Positions 1 to 11,037 of a stretch of DNA of 64,000 bases are shown piece by piece. The notes under the pieces are model-generated. The model was not told where the DNA came from and searched no databases. It saw only the letters and a list, made by a program, of their open reading frames with translations. Source of the DNA: Vezdaea acicularis (taxonomy: Eukaryota); the NCBI GenBank assembly GCA_026025075.1, contig JAPEUI010000025.1, positions 1 to 64,000 on the forward strand. Direction: 5' to 3'. Position 1 is the first letter of the stretch; each line of letters opens with the position of its first letter. The position numbers were made by a program, and so were the translations under genes.

Positions 1-1
1 G

Positions 2-301
2 CCTCGGACCGCTGCGGCTCGGGCCCGGTCGGTTACGGCCAGGGTTCCAGCTGCCAGGGCCGTAGCCAGGGCCATTGCCCAGGCCGCCAGGCCTCCGGCT
101 ACCAGAACTGCGGCCAGGACAGCCGTGAGGTCTTTGGCTGCCGGGGCTGGAGCCTCAGCCCGCCAGGGTGGGTTCCAGCCCCTGAATGAGCCCCCTGTGC
201 TGATGCTTGCCAGGGAGGTCCGTAGCTTGGCTGCCGAGATGCGGCAAAATGCGGACATGATGGAGCAGAGGATGGATGATCTGGTGGCTATGTTGGAGTA
301 G
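2..301 (+). CDS. 3' end of an ORF of unknown function (Ala/Arg-rich, then a helical tail), antisense to and convergent with pol; 5'-truncated by the window edge
   Basis: Frame 2 is open from base 2 to TAG at 299-301: PRTAAARARSVTARVPAARAVARAIAQAARPP...LAREVRSLAAEMRQNADMMEQRMDDLVAMLE*. It is not in the ORF track because its start is off-window. Confidence 0.55.
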   Translation, partial: PRTAAARARSVTARVPAARAVARAIAQAARPPATRTAARTAVRSLAAGAGASARQGGFQPLNEPPVLMLAREVRSLAAEMRQNADMMEQRMDDLVAMLE

Positions 302-540
302 TTGACGGATGGGTGAATTGACGGATGGATGATAGGCAGTTTTACGTCCGTCAGGGCCTTGCGGACGGTTTTTAGCCTGGACATAACAAGTAGATAGTCA
401 ATAATGAATGTTTTTTGCGTTTTATGGTATTTACAAATGAAATAAGTGCTTGTCGGATGACTCAAGTGTTTGACGGATGTTCCAGCGTCCGTCAGTAGAA
501 AGTATGGTCCGTCAGGTGGGACGGCCTGCCCGTCAATGTA

Positions 541-3500
541 TTATAGCAGTTGCCACAACTGCGGTTCTATTGGACTGTCTTCCTGCAGTCCTTCTTCTTC
601 CGGTAGAGCTTCAAATTGGTCTAACGGAGCTGCCACCGCGTGATTTGGATTGTTTTCACTACCGTAAATCCGTTTACGGCCTGGCCCCTTGGGCATCCGC
701 CATCCGCGAGTTACTCTTCCTTCAACTCGAGCCTGTTTTAGCCGATCACCACCTACAAGGAGCTCTAACTTCTTCTTCTGAGGAGTCTCTAGCTCGTATG
801 TATTCAATGGCATAGCTCGACGGACTCGGTAGGGTCCAAACCATTTACCTTGCCACTTCAGCTGATTCTCCGCCCGTACCAGTACATAGTCATCCGGTTT
901 GTACTGGATAGGGGTAATAGCTGCGTCCCATGCTTGCTTGTTCTTTAAGGCACGTTCTTCTGTGTTTCGTAAAGCTTCCATACGGAGTGTTTCAAATAAC
1001 GGAAGCTTGTCCTCCCGTACATTGTCCGTCAGTAGAGTTATCCCATTCTCGTCTATTGGTAATCTAGGTTGGCGTCCGTAAAGCATATAGAATGGTGAAA
1101 AACGGGTAGTACTATGCGTACGGATACGTGCCGCAAACAATGCTTGATCCAGATACCGGTCCCAATGAGAACGTGGCCGGTTGAGCAGGTACTTTGTCAG
1201 CATGTTACCTAACGTTCCGTTAAGACTTTCAACTGCTCCGTTTGTCCGTGGGTGATAAGGAGTTGTTCCCCTATGCTTGACATTTAGTTTAGACAAGAAT
1301 TGACTCATTGCCGGAGCCCATAGGTTCCGTCCTTGGTCCGTCACAATCTCCTTTGGAGATCCGTAATGCATATAGAGTTTGTCATGAATGAACTCAGCTA
1401 GGGCTTCTGCTGTAGCATCCGGCACTGCTTTTGCTACTGGCCAACGGGTTGCATAGTCAACTGCTGTAATGATCCAGCGGTTGCCGGACGGTGTTTTAGG
1501 GAGTCTGCCAATGAGATCTAATCCCCAACGGTCAAACGGTTCAATCCGTCCACTCCATTGATGTGACGGATGCTGAACATCAGTGTGCAACCCCTGACGG
1601 GACCGTCCTGCTATTTGACAGTCCGTACAGTGCCGTACATAATGCCTTATATCTTTGCGCATTGTTGGCCACCATCCCCGTGCACTAACTAGGTTTAGCA
1701 ATGTCAACTCATTGCTGTGACCATAGTCCTTATGCAGACGGTCCAATAGATCAGCTCTTGCCCATAGGGGTAAGTAGTCAATCCAGTCCGACTCTGGTGA
1801 ATCTCTGTGACAAAGAGTTTCCATAGCTATTGTAAACTCATGTGCTCTAGAACGGAGCATATGATCAATGTTCTTGTCACCTGATAGCTTGCCGGACTCT
1901 AGATAGTCCGTCATATAGTCCGTCCATTCCAAAACATTAAGTTCAATGTTATGCAAGTAGTCAGGACGTCTTGATAGTGCATCCGGCACCGTCATTAGCT
2001 TTCCGGATTTGTGGATTATCTTTAGATTGTACTCCTCAAACTCTTCTATCCACCGGCCTAGACGTTTGGAAGGCTTACGGGTTGTCTTCATGTACTGTAA
2101 CCCTTCATGATCTGTCCGTACAATAGTTGTATGTCCGTTCTCAATGTAACAACGCCAAGCACGTAAAGCTTGCTTGATTGCCAATAGCTCCTGTTCATGT
2201 GTTGGATAACGGCTTTCTGCCGGATTGAACTTACGGCTTTCAAAAGCAACCGGATGTTCCCGTCCGTCAGCCAAGTTTGTCTGCAACAATGTAGCTCCGC
2301 ATGCATAGTCTGATGCATCCGTTTCAATGATAAAAGCTCTTTTAACATCCGGTTGTTGCAATACTGGCGCGACGGTGAGGCATTCCTTTAGTTGACGGAA
2401 ACTCATCTGGCATTTGGCATTCCATACTATAGGCTGATGTTTATGTCCGCGAGTTGCTTCCGGCAGCTTAAGCAGCTCATGCATTGGTGCTGCAATGCGT
2501 GCAAACTCCTTAATAAACCTCCGATAGTATGAGCATAAGCCTACAAATTGACGGACATGATGAACTGTCCTAGGAGTTGGCCAATCTTTGATGGCTGCTA
2601 GCTTATGCGGATCCATACGGACTACGCCAGCTCCGACAATGTGTCCGCAAAAGTCCACTTCCGTTTGAAAGAAGGAGCACTTGTCTGGCCGTGCAAACAG
2701 GTTGTTTTCTAACAAGATCTGCAATACAATCTTGAGATGTTCCATATGCCCCTTTTCATCTTGACTATAGATGAGGATGTCATCTAGATAGACAACCACA
2801 AATTTGTCTAGACATGACCGTAAAATGTCATTCATAAGCGTCTGAAAGGTTGCCGGAGCATTGGTTAATCCAAACGGTAGTACACGGAACTCAAACTTGC
2901 CAATACGGGTATTGAAGGCTGTCTTTGGTATATCAGCATCCGCCACACGGATTTGCCAGTAGCCTGACAGTAGATCAACCTTTGAAAACACTTTAGCGGA
3001 CCCTATTTGATCCAAACAATCTTGTATCTTTGGTAACGGATAGCCGTTCTTGACGGTCACATTGTTTAATGCCCGGTAATCAACACACATCCGCCATGAA
3101 TCATCTTTCTTCTTGACAAAGAGTACTGGAGAACCCCAAGGTGAATGAGATGGACGGATAAGATCCCGTTCTTCTAGGTAACGGATCTGTCGGGCCTGTT
3201 CCTCTAACTGTTGTGGAGTCAGAGTATAGGCACTCCTATTGATAGGACATGCATCACCCGTATCAATGTGATGATCCACATAACGCTTTGGCCCTACCCC
3301 TGTAGGTAGTTCAGTACAGAATACTTTCATTAACGGTCCCAACTCTTCCTTCAATGACTCAATGTTCTTGCCGGACTTGTCCGTCAGCTTGTCGGATGTG
3401 TCTCCGTCTATCAACATGTATAGAACTCCTTGCCCCTTATGTTGTAACGTCCGTCTGACGTTCCGCCATCCGCTAGCTGGTATATGATTATACTCTAATG

Positions 3501-4146
3501 TTAACGGATGTGCTAATGAGTCATAAAGAGCATGCTCATAGCTGTCCTGCTGAATAATGAGTCCGCAAGCTTTGTAGTCAATAGTTGGTTGATATTGGCG
3601 GAAGAAGTCCATGCCTAGGATGATATCATATTGCGCCAGATCAATGACAATAAATGTAGCTTTATCTGTAAAGGTTTGGATAGTAACTGTGCAGTTTACG
3701 GTCCCGTAAATCTGCAATTGGCTGCTGTCCGGCAGCCTAACCCCTTTATGCCCCTTTAAAGGCATAATCTTCAGTCCGGCAGCATCACTTGTGCTCCGTC
3801 TGATATACCGTCTTGACGCTCCTGTATCTGCTAGTATTCTTATGGTATGTCCGTTCACATTGCCGTTAAATACTAACAGATCAGCGTCTGCTCTGTCTCT
3901 TATGCTTAGGAGTTGATCAAGCTCCTCTATTGTCTCCCCATGGGTCTTTCTATTTTGTTCTTCAATCTCCCGTTGTCTGGCAGAATCGGACACCGCCAGA
4001 GGCCTGCCGCAAGCTCCGGAGATTTCTATCCTTCCGTCAACTTCCTTCTCTAAGTTGCGGGTACTCTCTGTAGATATGGCCTGTAGAGAAGGCGCCATAC
4101 TTGACTTAGATAAGAGCGCCAACTTATCTAAGTCCTGTAGTTTTTT
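541..4146 (-). CDS. pol: Pol polyprotein (aspartic protease, reverse transcriptase, RNase H, integrase with GPY/F module, no chromodomain), reached by -1 frameshift from gag
   Basis: Protease [35 protein letters not shown]; RNase H ETDASD; integrase H-x4-H...CTDC, DLIG/TDQG/NGAVE; WFGPY. The frame is open upstream to the slippery site at 4140-4146. Confidence 0.96.
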   Translation of the reverse strand, partial: KKLQDLDKLALLSKSSMAPSLQAISTESTRNLEKEVDGRIEISGACGRPLAVSDSARQREIEEQNRKTHGETIEELDQLLSIRDRADADLLVFNGNVNGHTIRILADTGASRRYIRRSTSDAAGLKIMPLKGHKGVRLPDSSQLQIYGTVNCTVTIQTFTDKATFIVIDLAQYDIILGMDFFRQYQPTIDYKACGLIIQQDSYEHALYDSLAHPLTLEYNHIPASGWRNVRRTLQHKGQGVLYMLIDGDTSDKLTDKSGKNIESLKEELGPLMKVFCTELPTGVGPKRYVDHHIDTGDACPINRSAYTLTPQQLEEQARQIRYLEERDLIRPSHSPWGSPVLFVKKKDDSWRMCVDYRALNNVTVKNGYPLPKIQDCLDQIGSAKVFSKVDLLSGYWQIRVADADIPKTAFNTRIGKFEFRVLPFGLTNAPATFQTLMNDILRSCLDKFVVVYLDDILIYSQDEKGHMEHLKIVLQILLENNLFARPDKCSFFQTEVDFCGHIVGAGVVRMDPHKLAAIKDWPTPRTVHHVRQFVGLCSYYRRFIKEFARIAAPMHELLKLPEATRGHKHQPIVWNAKCQMSFRQLKECLTVAPVLQQPDVKRAFIIETDASDYACGATLLQTNLADGREHPVAFESRKFNPAESRYPTHEQELLAIKQALRAWRCYIENGHTTIVRTDHEGLQYMKTTRKPSKRLGRWIEEFEEYNLKIIHKSGKLMTVPDALSRRPDYLHNIELNVLEWTDYMTDYLESGKLSGDKNIDHMLRSRAHEFTIAMETLCHRDSPESDWIDYLPLWARADLLDRLHKDYGHSNELTLLNLVSARGWWPTMRKDIRHYVRHCTDCQIAGRSRQGLHTDVQHPSHQWSGRIEPFDRWGLDLIGRLPKTPSGNRWIITAVDYATRWPVAKAVPDATAEALAEFIHDKLYMHYGSPKEIVTDQGRNLWAPAMSQFLSKLNVKHRGTTPYHPRTNGAVESLNGTLGNMLTKYLLNRPRSHWDRYLDQALFAARIRTHSTTRFSPFYMLYGRQPRLPIDENGITLLTDNVREDKLPLFETLRMEALRNTEERALKNKQAWDAAITPIQYKPDDYVLVRAENQLKWQGKWFGPYRVRRAMPLNTYELETPQKKKLELLVGGDRLKQARVEGRVTRGWRMPKGPGRKRIYGSENNPNHAVAAPLDQFEALPEEEGLQEDSPIEPQLWQLL
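4091..4146 (-). promoter_or_regulatory. -1 programmed ribosomal frameshift signal: A AAA AAC heptamer, 5-nt spacer, 12-bp stem and predicted H-type pseudoknot
   Basis: Minus strand reads CC-A AAA AAC-TACAG-GACTTAGATAAG-TTGGCGCT-CTTATCTAAGTC-AAGTAT-GGCGCC. A -1 shift joins gag to pol. Confidence 0.9.
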
Positions 4147-5105
4147 GGCCCTTGTGGCCTAGAGTTAGTCCGTTCACCAACTCTTCCTGTCGGACAGTTC
4201 CGAGCAATATGTCCTGGCTTATTGCACATAAAGCACAACCCCTTTCGTCGTTGGTCCGTCTTCATAGAAGGGCGTACTGGACCTGTCATCATTGACAGAT
4301 CCATAGGTTCCGGACCATAATATGGTGTTGGCGGACCAAAACCAGGACTGTCGGATCTTCTTGGTTGCTTCTGATATCGGTTATTGGGTTGACGGGGCTG
4401 AAACGTCTGAACGTTAATGCCTTCAGCTGCGTCCGCCAGCTGTATAGCTGCTGACAGTGTCACTGGTTGGGCACGTTGCACATCTATTCTTGTACGAGGC
4501 TGCAGTCCTTGTACAAAACGTGATACAGCAACTGGTTCAGATATGTTGGTATGAACCACTGACCATAACCTAGTGAAGGTTTCAATATATTCCCGTAAGC
4601 TCCGTGAGCGTGTACTAGCTTGCGTTATAGTGAAGAACTGCTCAAGCATCTTGTTGTTGCTATTGACGTCTTCAAAACGGGCTTTGAATGTCTCCTTAAA
4701 CTCAATCCAGTTATCTGACGGACTTTGAAACTGATTGCCAGCTATGGTCCGGTACCAGAACTGAGCATTGTCCGTAAGATATTGTGCTGCATAGATGACT
4801 TTTAGCTTAGAGTCTATCTGTGCTAGCAGGAGATACCGTTCCATCTTAAAGAGCCAGTTGTTGGCTCCGTCAGTATCCCTTTTGGCTCCGTCAAACTTTT
4901 CAGGGGCCTGCAACTTGGGTTTGTTGCCTGATGCATTGAGAAGCTCAATGACAGTGGCCGTATCCAGTGTATTTCCGTTGTTTGAATTCATATTAGGCGT
5001 TGACGGAGTGTCAATGGGTGGCTCTGGTGTTGACGGAGTACTGAAAGCTCTTCCACCAAAGCCAAACACGTTAGGGATGCCAAGATTACCGTCCGACGAT
5101 GCCAT
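4128..5105 (-). CDS. gag: Gag (retrotransposon capsid plus CCHC zinc knuckle)
   Basis: 325 aa with PEKFDG..., AQFWY, [16 protein letters not shown] and [14 protein letters not shown]; lies directly upstream of pol. Confidence 0.95.
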   Translation of the reverse strand: MASSDGNLGIPNVFGFGGRAFSTPSTPEPPIDTPSTPNMNSNNGNTLDTATVIELLNASGNKPKLQAPEKFDGAKRDTDGANNWLFKMERYLLLAQIDSKLKVIYAAQYLTDNAQFWYRTIAGNQFQSPSDNWIEFKETFKARFEDVNSNNKMLEQFFTITQASTRSRSLREYIETFTRLWSVVHTNISEPVAVSRFVQGLQPRTRIDVQRAQPVTLSAAIQLADAAEGINVQTFQPRQPNNRYQKQPRRSDSPGFGPPTPYYGPEPMDLSMMTGPVRPSMKTDQRRKGLCFMCNKPGHIARNCPTGRVGERTNSRPQGPKNYRT

Positions 5106-5211
5106 TTGAGTACGTTGATGGCTACAACGGGGCGTTCGCTACTATGTCTAGAGGATCTGATCGTATTTGATGTGTTTATAGGGGTTTGTGGTCCTAAAAC
5201 TCAAATAGGGG

Positions 5212-5222
5212 TGTTGCTACCA
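5212..5222 (-). promoter_or_regulatory. Primer binding site, initiator tRNA-Met type
   Basis: TGGTAGCAACA begins 1 nt after the LTR end (...CTACA-T-TGGTAGC). TGGTAGC is complementary to the GCUACCA 3' end of fungal tRNA-iMet, as in Ty1/Ty3. Confidence 0.7.
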
Positions 5223-5223
5223 A

Positions 5224-5635
5224 TGTAGTTGCGAAGCCGCTGAGCTCGCGGTTACGGGGGCTCGCCTCTATAGGCGAGCCTGACTAAGCGGTACGTACAC
5301 GGTTGCTAACTTTTTCGGTAAAAAGCTTGCAATTGAGTTTCGCCGCCGTGCCGCGCGCACGATCGGGCAAACCAAAACGAACGAACAACAAAGGCCATTT
5401 TTGCGCGGAAGCAGACAGATGAGAGATAAACCGACGAGGGGGGGGGGCATGGGGAGTTTTCTGCCTGATGAGATGGGAGAGGGGGACCCGCGTTTCAGAG
5501 ATGGGATTTTGTTTTTGAATTTGAGGGATGGCGGCGTAAAAATGTAATTGTGAGCGGAGACGAAAAAAATGTGAAAACACATGTGAAGAAGGACTAATCC
5601 TCTTCACGAAGCGCACGGAATCACGAAATGTCACA
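5224..5635 (-). repeat. Putative 5' LTR (~412 bp)
   Basis: Minus strand TGTGACA...ACTACA gives TG..CA termini, directly followed by the PBS. The outer end could be 5635 or 5637. The partner LTR is not in the window. Confidence 0.65.
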
Positions 5636-5855
5636 CATTCAAGAAGTTAAACGCGGGCGAGGCGATTGAGGCGGCGGCTAGAAATAGGAAGTTGTCTCTC
5701 TTCAAGCCAGCCAACTAATTACAAAGTACGATAGAGACTCTCAAAAAGAACAAAAAAGGCCAGCAGGGGGCATCGGTATACAGCCGCACATGATCCAAAA
5801 AACACATGAACGATGCATGCGGCGTAAGCGTCTGACCTAAAAGTCCCCAACGACT

Positions 5856-8601
5856 TTATTTATTGGCCGCGATTTCGACGGGCGCCGCTGGCTCTCCTGC
5901 AGCCGGCTTAAGGGTATCACTCCTCTGTTCGACATTAAGAATGGCGCTCTCCAAGGCGCTGGTGAGATCGATATGGAAAAGCGGGCGGTTGAGGCCGTGG
6001 ACGACGGCGAGCTTGGTGCCCTGCTTGTAAGCTCCGCTGTGGGAGAGACGTTTGTCCAAGTCGCTGGAGCTCGAGTCGTCGGATCGTGGGGCAATGCCAT
6101 CGCTACCGTGCTCGAGATCCCGGGTGCGCTGTCGCTGGTTGTTCTTCTCATTGTCACGCTGTTCGGCCGCGCTAGCTGCGGAGTCGAAGCCGCCAATCTC
6201 GGCGACGCTGAAGATGGGCTTCCAGCGATGGATTCCTGCGTCTGCCGGAGTGGGGTATCCAAATCCAGCACTGATCAGGGCACGCTTCGTCCAGCGGTTG
6301 TTGATGCAAGCGATATGCCAGTCCACCTTCTCGGGAGATGCATATCGATCAAGCTGATTACGAACATCGATCAAATTCTGAACGGACGTGATGTCGACAT
6401 TGTTGACGGACGAAAAGTCAAGAATGATCGCTTTGAGCGTCGGGAGGTCATCACGAACTTCTGCCACACGTCCTCGTCTCGGGCCGGGGTCATTCCAGGG
6501 GCGATCCTGAACTCAATGTCAGCACACATGATTGCACAACCAAGTTTGTGATGGAGGAATTGGAGAACTTACCCCTAGCCGTGGGTATGAATTGGCGTTA
6601 GTCCGTCGGGTGTACTTAAAGATGTGATGGGTCAAGTAATCAAAGTAGTGACTCGCATTCGGATAATTGAACCCCTCGGAGAATCTATAGATGAATACTC
6701 CAGGATAAGGCGAGTCGATGTGGATCTCTGGGTTGGAGCCGTCGTCATGGTCGATCGGCAGGAAGATGCTCCTTGTCTTTCCGGACCCTTTGTCGAAGGG
6801 AGATTGTCCCTTTGAATCGAAGCCGCCGTCACCGCCAAGGTTGGTATCGGCCGCGATGGAACGGACCTTGACTTTACCGAGGAAGCGACCCTGGGCCTTG
6901 AAGAGGCGGAAGCCGAGCACGGCTGCTGATACGGCGATGGTCACGTAGATGCCATTCTCGATGCTGGAGAAAATGGTGACGAACACACCGGCGAAGAAGA
7001 TGAACACCTCGATCGGTGAGACCCTCCAGAACTGGTAGACGGTGTTGGGTGGCGTGATCAGATCACCGACGGCATGAATGATGACGGCGGAAAGAGATGA
7101 GCTCGGAATGTAGAAGAAGACCGCCGGGAGAGCATAGATGGCGAGGAGGACGACTACCGCCGTGATGACACCGGCGAAGGGTGTCCGCACGCCAGCCTTC
7201 GATTTGATGGCTGTCCGCGAGAAGGATCCGGTGGCGGGATACGCTCCCAGGAAAGGACCGAGGAGGTTGGTGACACCAATGGCAACCAGCTCCTGGGATG
7301 GGTTAATCTGGTAATTATTGACACGGCCAAAGGACTTTGAGATGGCAATGTGCTCGATGAGGAGGACAATGACCGAGACGGGTAGTTGACTGGCAAAAGA
7401 TTTGACAATCGTCTTGTTGACCGTGGGCACTCTGGCGTGCTTGAAACCTGCCCATCACGTTAGTCATTCGTTTTTAAGGAGATTGGTCTTTTTAAACTGG
7501 GAAATAACACACCTCTGGGGACGGTGCCGAGAATCTTGAACTTGGGCTTCTTGCGGTGGTGACGATTGGCCAGGTAGCTGATCAGAGTGTACAGCAAGAT
7601 GACGAAAGCCGTGCGGAGCGTCGAGATGAAGAAGAAAGTCTTTTGACGACTTGGCTTCTTCTTCGACGCAAAGACGCAGGCCGATCGAATGAGATAGAGC
7701 ATCGCCAGTGCGGTCAGGCCCATCGCGGCATCGAGTTGCGTGCGACCGAGATGCTGCAAGATGTGGATGACGACCTTGTAGGTACTATCACGCGTGGAAA
7801 ACCCGGTGATGCCCATCAACGTCGGCACTTGAGACACGGCGATGTTGATCGCGGAGCCCGTCATGAAAGCGGAGATGGCCGTCAGGGAGATCAGATCGAC
7901 CAGCCACCCGAGCCGGACCAGTCCCAGGAAGCAAATGATGCCGCCGGCGACGATAGCTAGAGAGGAAGCGACTTGATCCAGGACAAGCTTTGGGTGAGTC
8001 TTGTGCACTTTAATCAGAATGTTTCCGACGATAGTGGACATGACTGCGACGGGCTATGGAGGTGTCAGTGTGAATTTCCAGGTCTGTCACTTGGGCAATA
8101 CTCACGCCAATGGTGATATCCTTGGAAGTTGCGAAAAACCAGTAGATGAGCACCCCCATGAAGGAGGTGTAGAGACCAAATTCAGGGGGCAGATCAGCCA
8201 AAAGAGCGTAAGCCATGCCCTGAGGCACGACAACGGCTCCAACCGTGATGCCTTTAGATCCGTTAGCTTGACTGGAGAGCTTTCTAGGTCTCACGAAAGG
8301 GCTACTTACCGGCGACGAGATCTCCCGCGAGCCAGATGAGGTTGTAGCGACCGATCCAGTGCGTGAAGGGGAACAGACTGCGGCCATACAGGATGAGATC
8401 ATGTCCGGAAGGGAGCGTCTCACGAATCCATTCGGCGGAGGTTGGTTCCTCCTCGACGTAGGTGTCCGCGGACGCTACAGAGAAGACCGACTCGCCTCGG
8501 GTCAAAGCGTCAGGGCTGGAAACCTCATTGCGATAGTTCAGCTTGATCCCCAAGACCTTGGCGAGCCCGTGGCCGAGCTTGGTCGCCGGGCTTTGAGCCA
8601 T
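5856..8601 (-). CDS. SulP/SLC26 sulfate permease with STAS domain (cys-14/sB/SUL-like), 5 exons
   Basis: [77 protein letters not shown]. Introns 8309-8252, 8105-8054, 7512-7448, 6572-6507. Confidence 0.95.
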
Positions 8602-11037
8602 GGCTGCCGCTCAACTTCGCCCCGCCGTCAGCTGAGTTGAAGCTAGGACACACAGACCGTTCGTTCACCGCGACGAGGAGGATGAAGCAATGGGACCTTT
8701 TGCGGGGGGGGGAAGTACCTAGTAGATGTATGCTCCGCCGCTTCCTTTCCAATGGAGCAGTGAATAGGCAAGAAAAAGCCGCTGATTGGCCGCCTCGTCG
8801 TGTCAGCAAGAGCTCCGAGCTCTTCAGAGACTTGATGAGGCAGTTGATGCACGCGACACGTTTTGTGATCGCGGAGGAGAGAAGGGGGTAAGGAACAGAG
8901 ACCCTGTCCCAGACGTTCGGCGCGAGCACGAGATATATGTCTTGTCGGGGGCGAGGGAGGATTGGACAAGGGTGTCAACCCTACTTCCCGCTAAGGAGCT
9001 TGGGAGGGAAGGGAGGGGGGGGGCTGGTCGAGTCGTTGACAGCTGGTCACGTCTGCCCCGATGGCGTCGCCCACGTTCGGCTTCGCGATGGGGCCGGATT
9101 AGGCAAGTGCGGACGACTGACTTCATGACGGCGGCGAGCAGTGGGAATGACGAGGCGTCGTGGTGGAATATCACAATATCAAATCGGGGGTGATGCGAAA
9201 GGCGAGCGCGCGAGGGAAGCTCGGTCTAGAGCTCACGACGGGGGCAAGGTACCCACGTACCGGACGGGGGTCCCTTTAGCATCTCGGCCAATGGCACCAG
9301 CGGGAGGCCCGTGAGGAGCGTGAAGACGAGATCCCGAGTGCCCGCGAGGCCCAAAGGGGGGACGGCGATGGGGACGGCGAGGGGAATGGGGGATGGGGGA
9401 TGGAGGATGGGGGATGGGATGGGCGATGATGAGGATGTCGGGGAATATGGCGTGCTTCTCGCTAACGGGCAACGCGGGTGCGTCGAAGGATGGCAAAGAC
9501 GTACCAGCACCAGCAGCTCCCGGACGAGGCCCCATGTCGGAGCCCTTCGCGCGCCGTCCGATGTCGAAGCTCGAGGTAGCGTCGCTCGCCAAGCTGCCCC
9601 GCGGACTGCGGGTGGGTCGATGCCCTCATCGCCAAGCAGCTCGCGCCGCGGTGCAGTCCCAGCTTGGCGGTGCTTGCTCTTGCTTGTGCTGTTGCTTGCT
9701 GTTGCTTGCGGATGCTTGCTGTTGCTTGGTAGCTCGCGAGGGTGTGGGTGTGGGGGGCGCCAGTGGAGCGGGACCCGCTTACCGCGCCGTGTCGGTTGTC
9801 CGCGGCTGCAGGAAGGGGGGTGGACGGTGGAGGGGGAGGGAAGGGAGGTTGGGACGTGAGCACCAATGGCACGCGCTGCCCATGTCGTGATACTCAGAAG
9901 ACGATCGATGGGGCGGCACAGACGCAGCCCTCTGCCTCTCCACAAATCAGTTCCACCGAAAATAAAGCTCTCGCCCGCCTGCCAGACGTGGGGGAGGGAG
10001 GGAGGACGTTGGACCACGCGAGCCGAGGCGCGTCGAGAGCTTTGCGTGAGAGGCAAACGAGCACGAGAGCGAGGAGCAAGAGAGCGAGAGCGCGAGCGGC
10101 CATGTCCAATGAACGGAGGAACTGACTCGAAGTCCCAGTGCCCGATCGGCACGCTGCATCTCTACCCAGCAGCCCGCTGCCCCGGAGCGCGGGGCTTGGC
10201 ACTGAGGTGATCGGATTAGGGCATGGCAACTCGCGGAAGGGCGTGGGGAGGAGAGGGGGAAGAAGCCGAGGGCCCATTAGGGCTTGGCTCTTCTCGTCCT
10301 GGAGTAACAAGCTCGAAAACGATCAGATCGCGTGATTCTCAAGCCGATGTCTGTCATTCCCTTTCCCCAAAGCGTGTATCATCGTCGTACTCGAGGAATG
10401 TCGAGTGTCGAATGTCGAATGTCGAAAGTCGCTAGAAGTATCACGCACACACCCGCCCACCACCCTCGGAATATTGTATTCGTAACTAAGTTAACCCCAA
10501 ACGCCGAAAAGAGCTCACGACGTCCCGATACACACTCCCAGTCCATCGTTCTCGTCATTAGCTCCACCCTTCCACCCTCGCCCCCCCCAAAAAAAGACGA
10601 TCTTAGTCAAGGGCTACATGAGCGAGACATGGCGTGATTCTTCTCCGCGGGCGACCTGTCAGATATCCCAAAGAAACATTACTCTATCCCTCTAGCCCAA
10701 CTCTCTCTGTCACGAGCGAGTCACCACGACATGACGTGCTTGACTGAAAGAGAACGCCTCTAATTTACTGCCGCGCTTTTGCCAATAGTTCCTCAGGGCT
10801 TTAGCCCGCCCCCTATCCCTATCTCTCCTTTTCTGCTCGAAAGGGCTCGATCACGAAGTGACCTGAAAGAGCTTGAGAGGAATGGGGCGTGGTTTGGCTT
10901 CAGAAAAAGGGAGATAGATGTTGTGATACTACCAATATACAGTACTGGGGGCCATCGGATGGTATCAAGGTGAAGTGCCTAAACGAGTCCATACTCCATT
11001 CCGCGCCCACGAGCGCAGCGAGCGAGCGAGCGAGCCC

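Larger units (their letters stand above)
1..5635 (-). mobile_element. Ty3/Gypsy LTR retrotransposon, apparently intact; 3' LTR lies outside the window (left of position 1)
   Basis: Order LTR-PBS-gag-PR-RT-RNaseH-IN with uninterrupted ORFs. Bases 1-540 share the element's CCG/CGG-biased CpG signature. No second LTR copy is seen in the window. Confidence 0.93.

Noticed and set aside
8640..10640. Many overlapping ORFs and 7-mer repeats (GGGGGAT at about 9385-9420, GAATGTC at about 10397-10425) upstream of the sulfate permease
   Set aside because: GC-rich low-complexity promoter/UTR sequence with no protein motifs. No exact CYS3/MetR ATGRYRYCAT site was found there.
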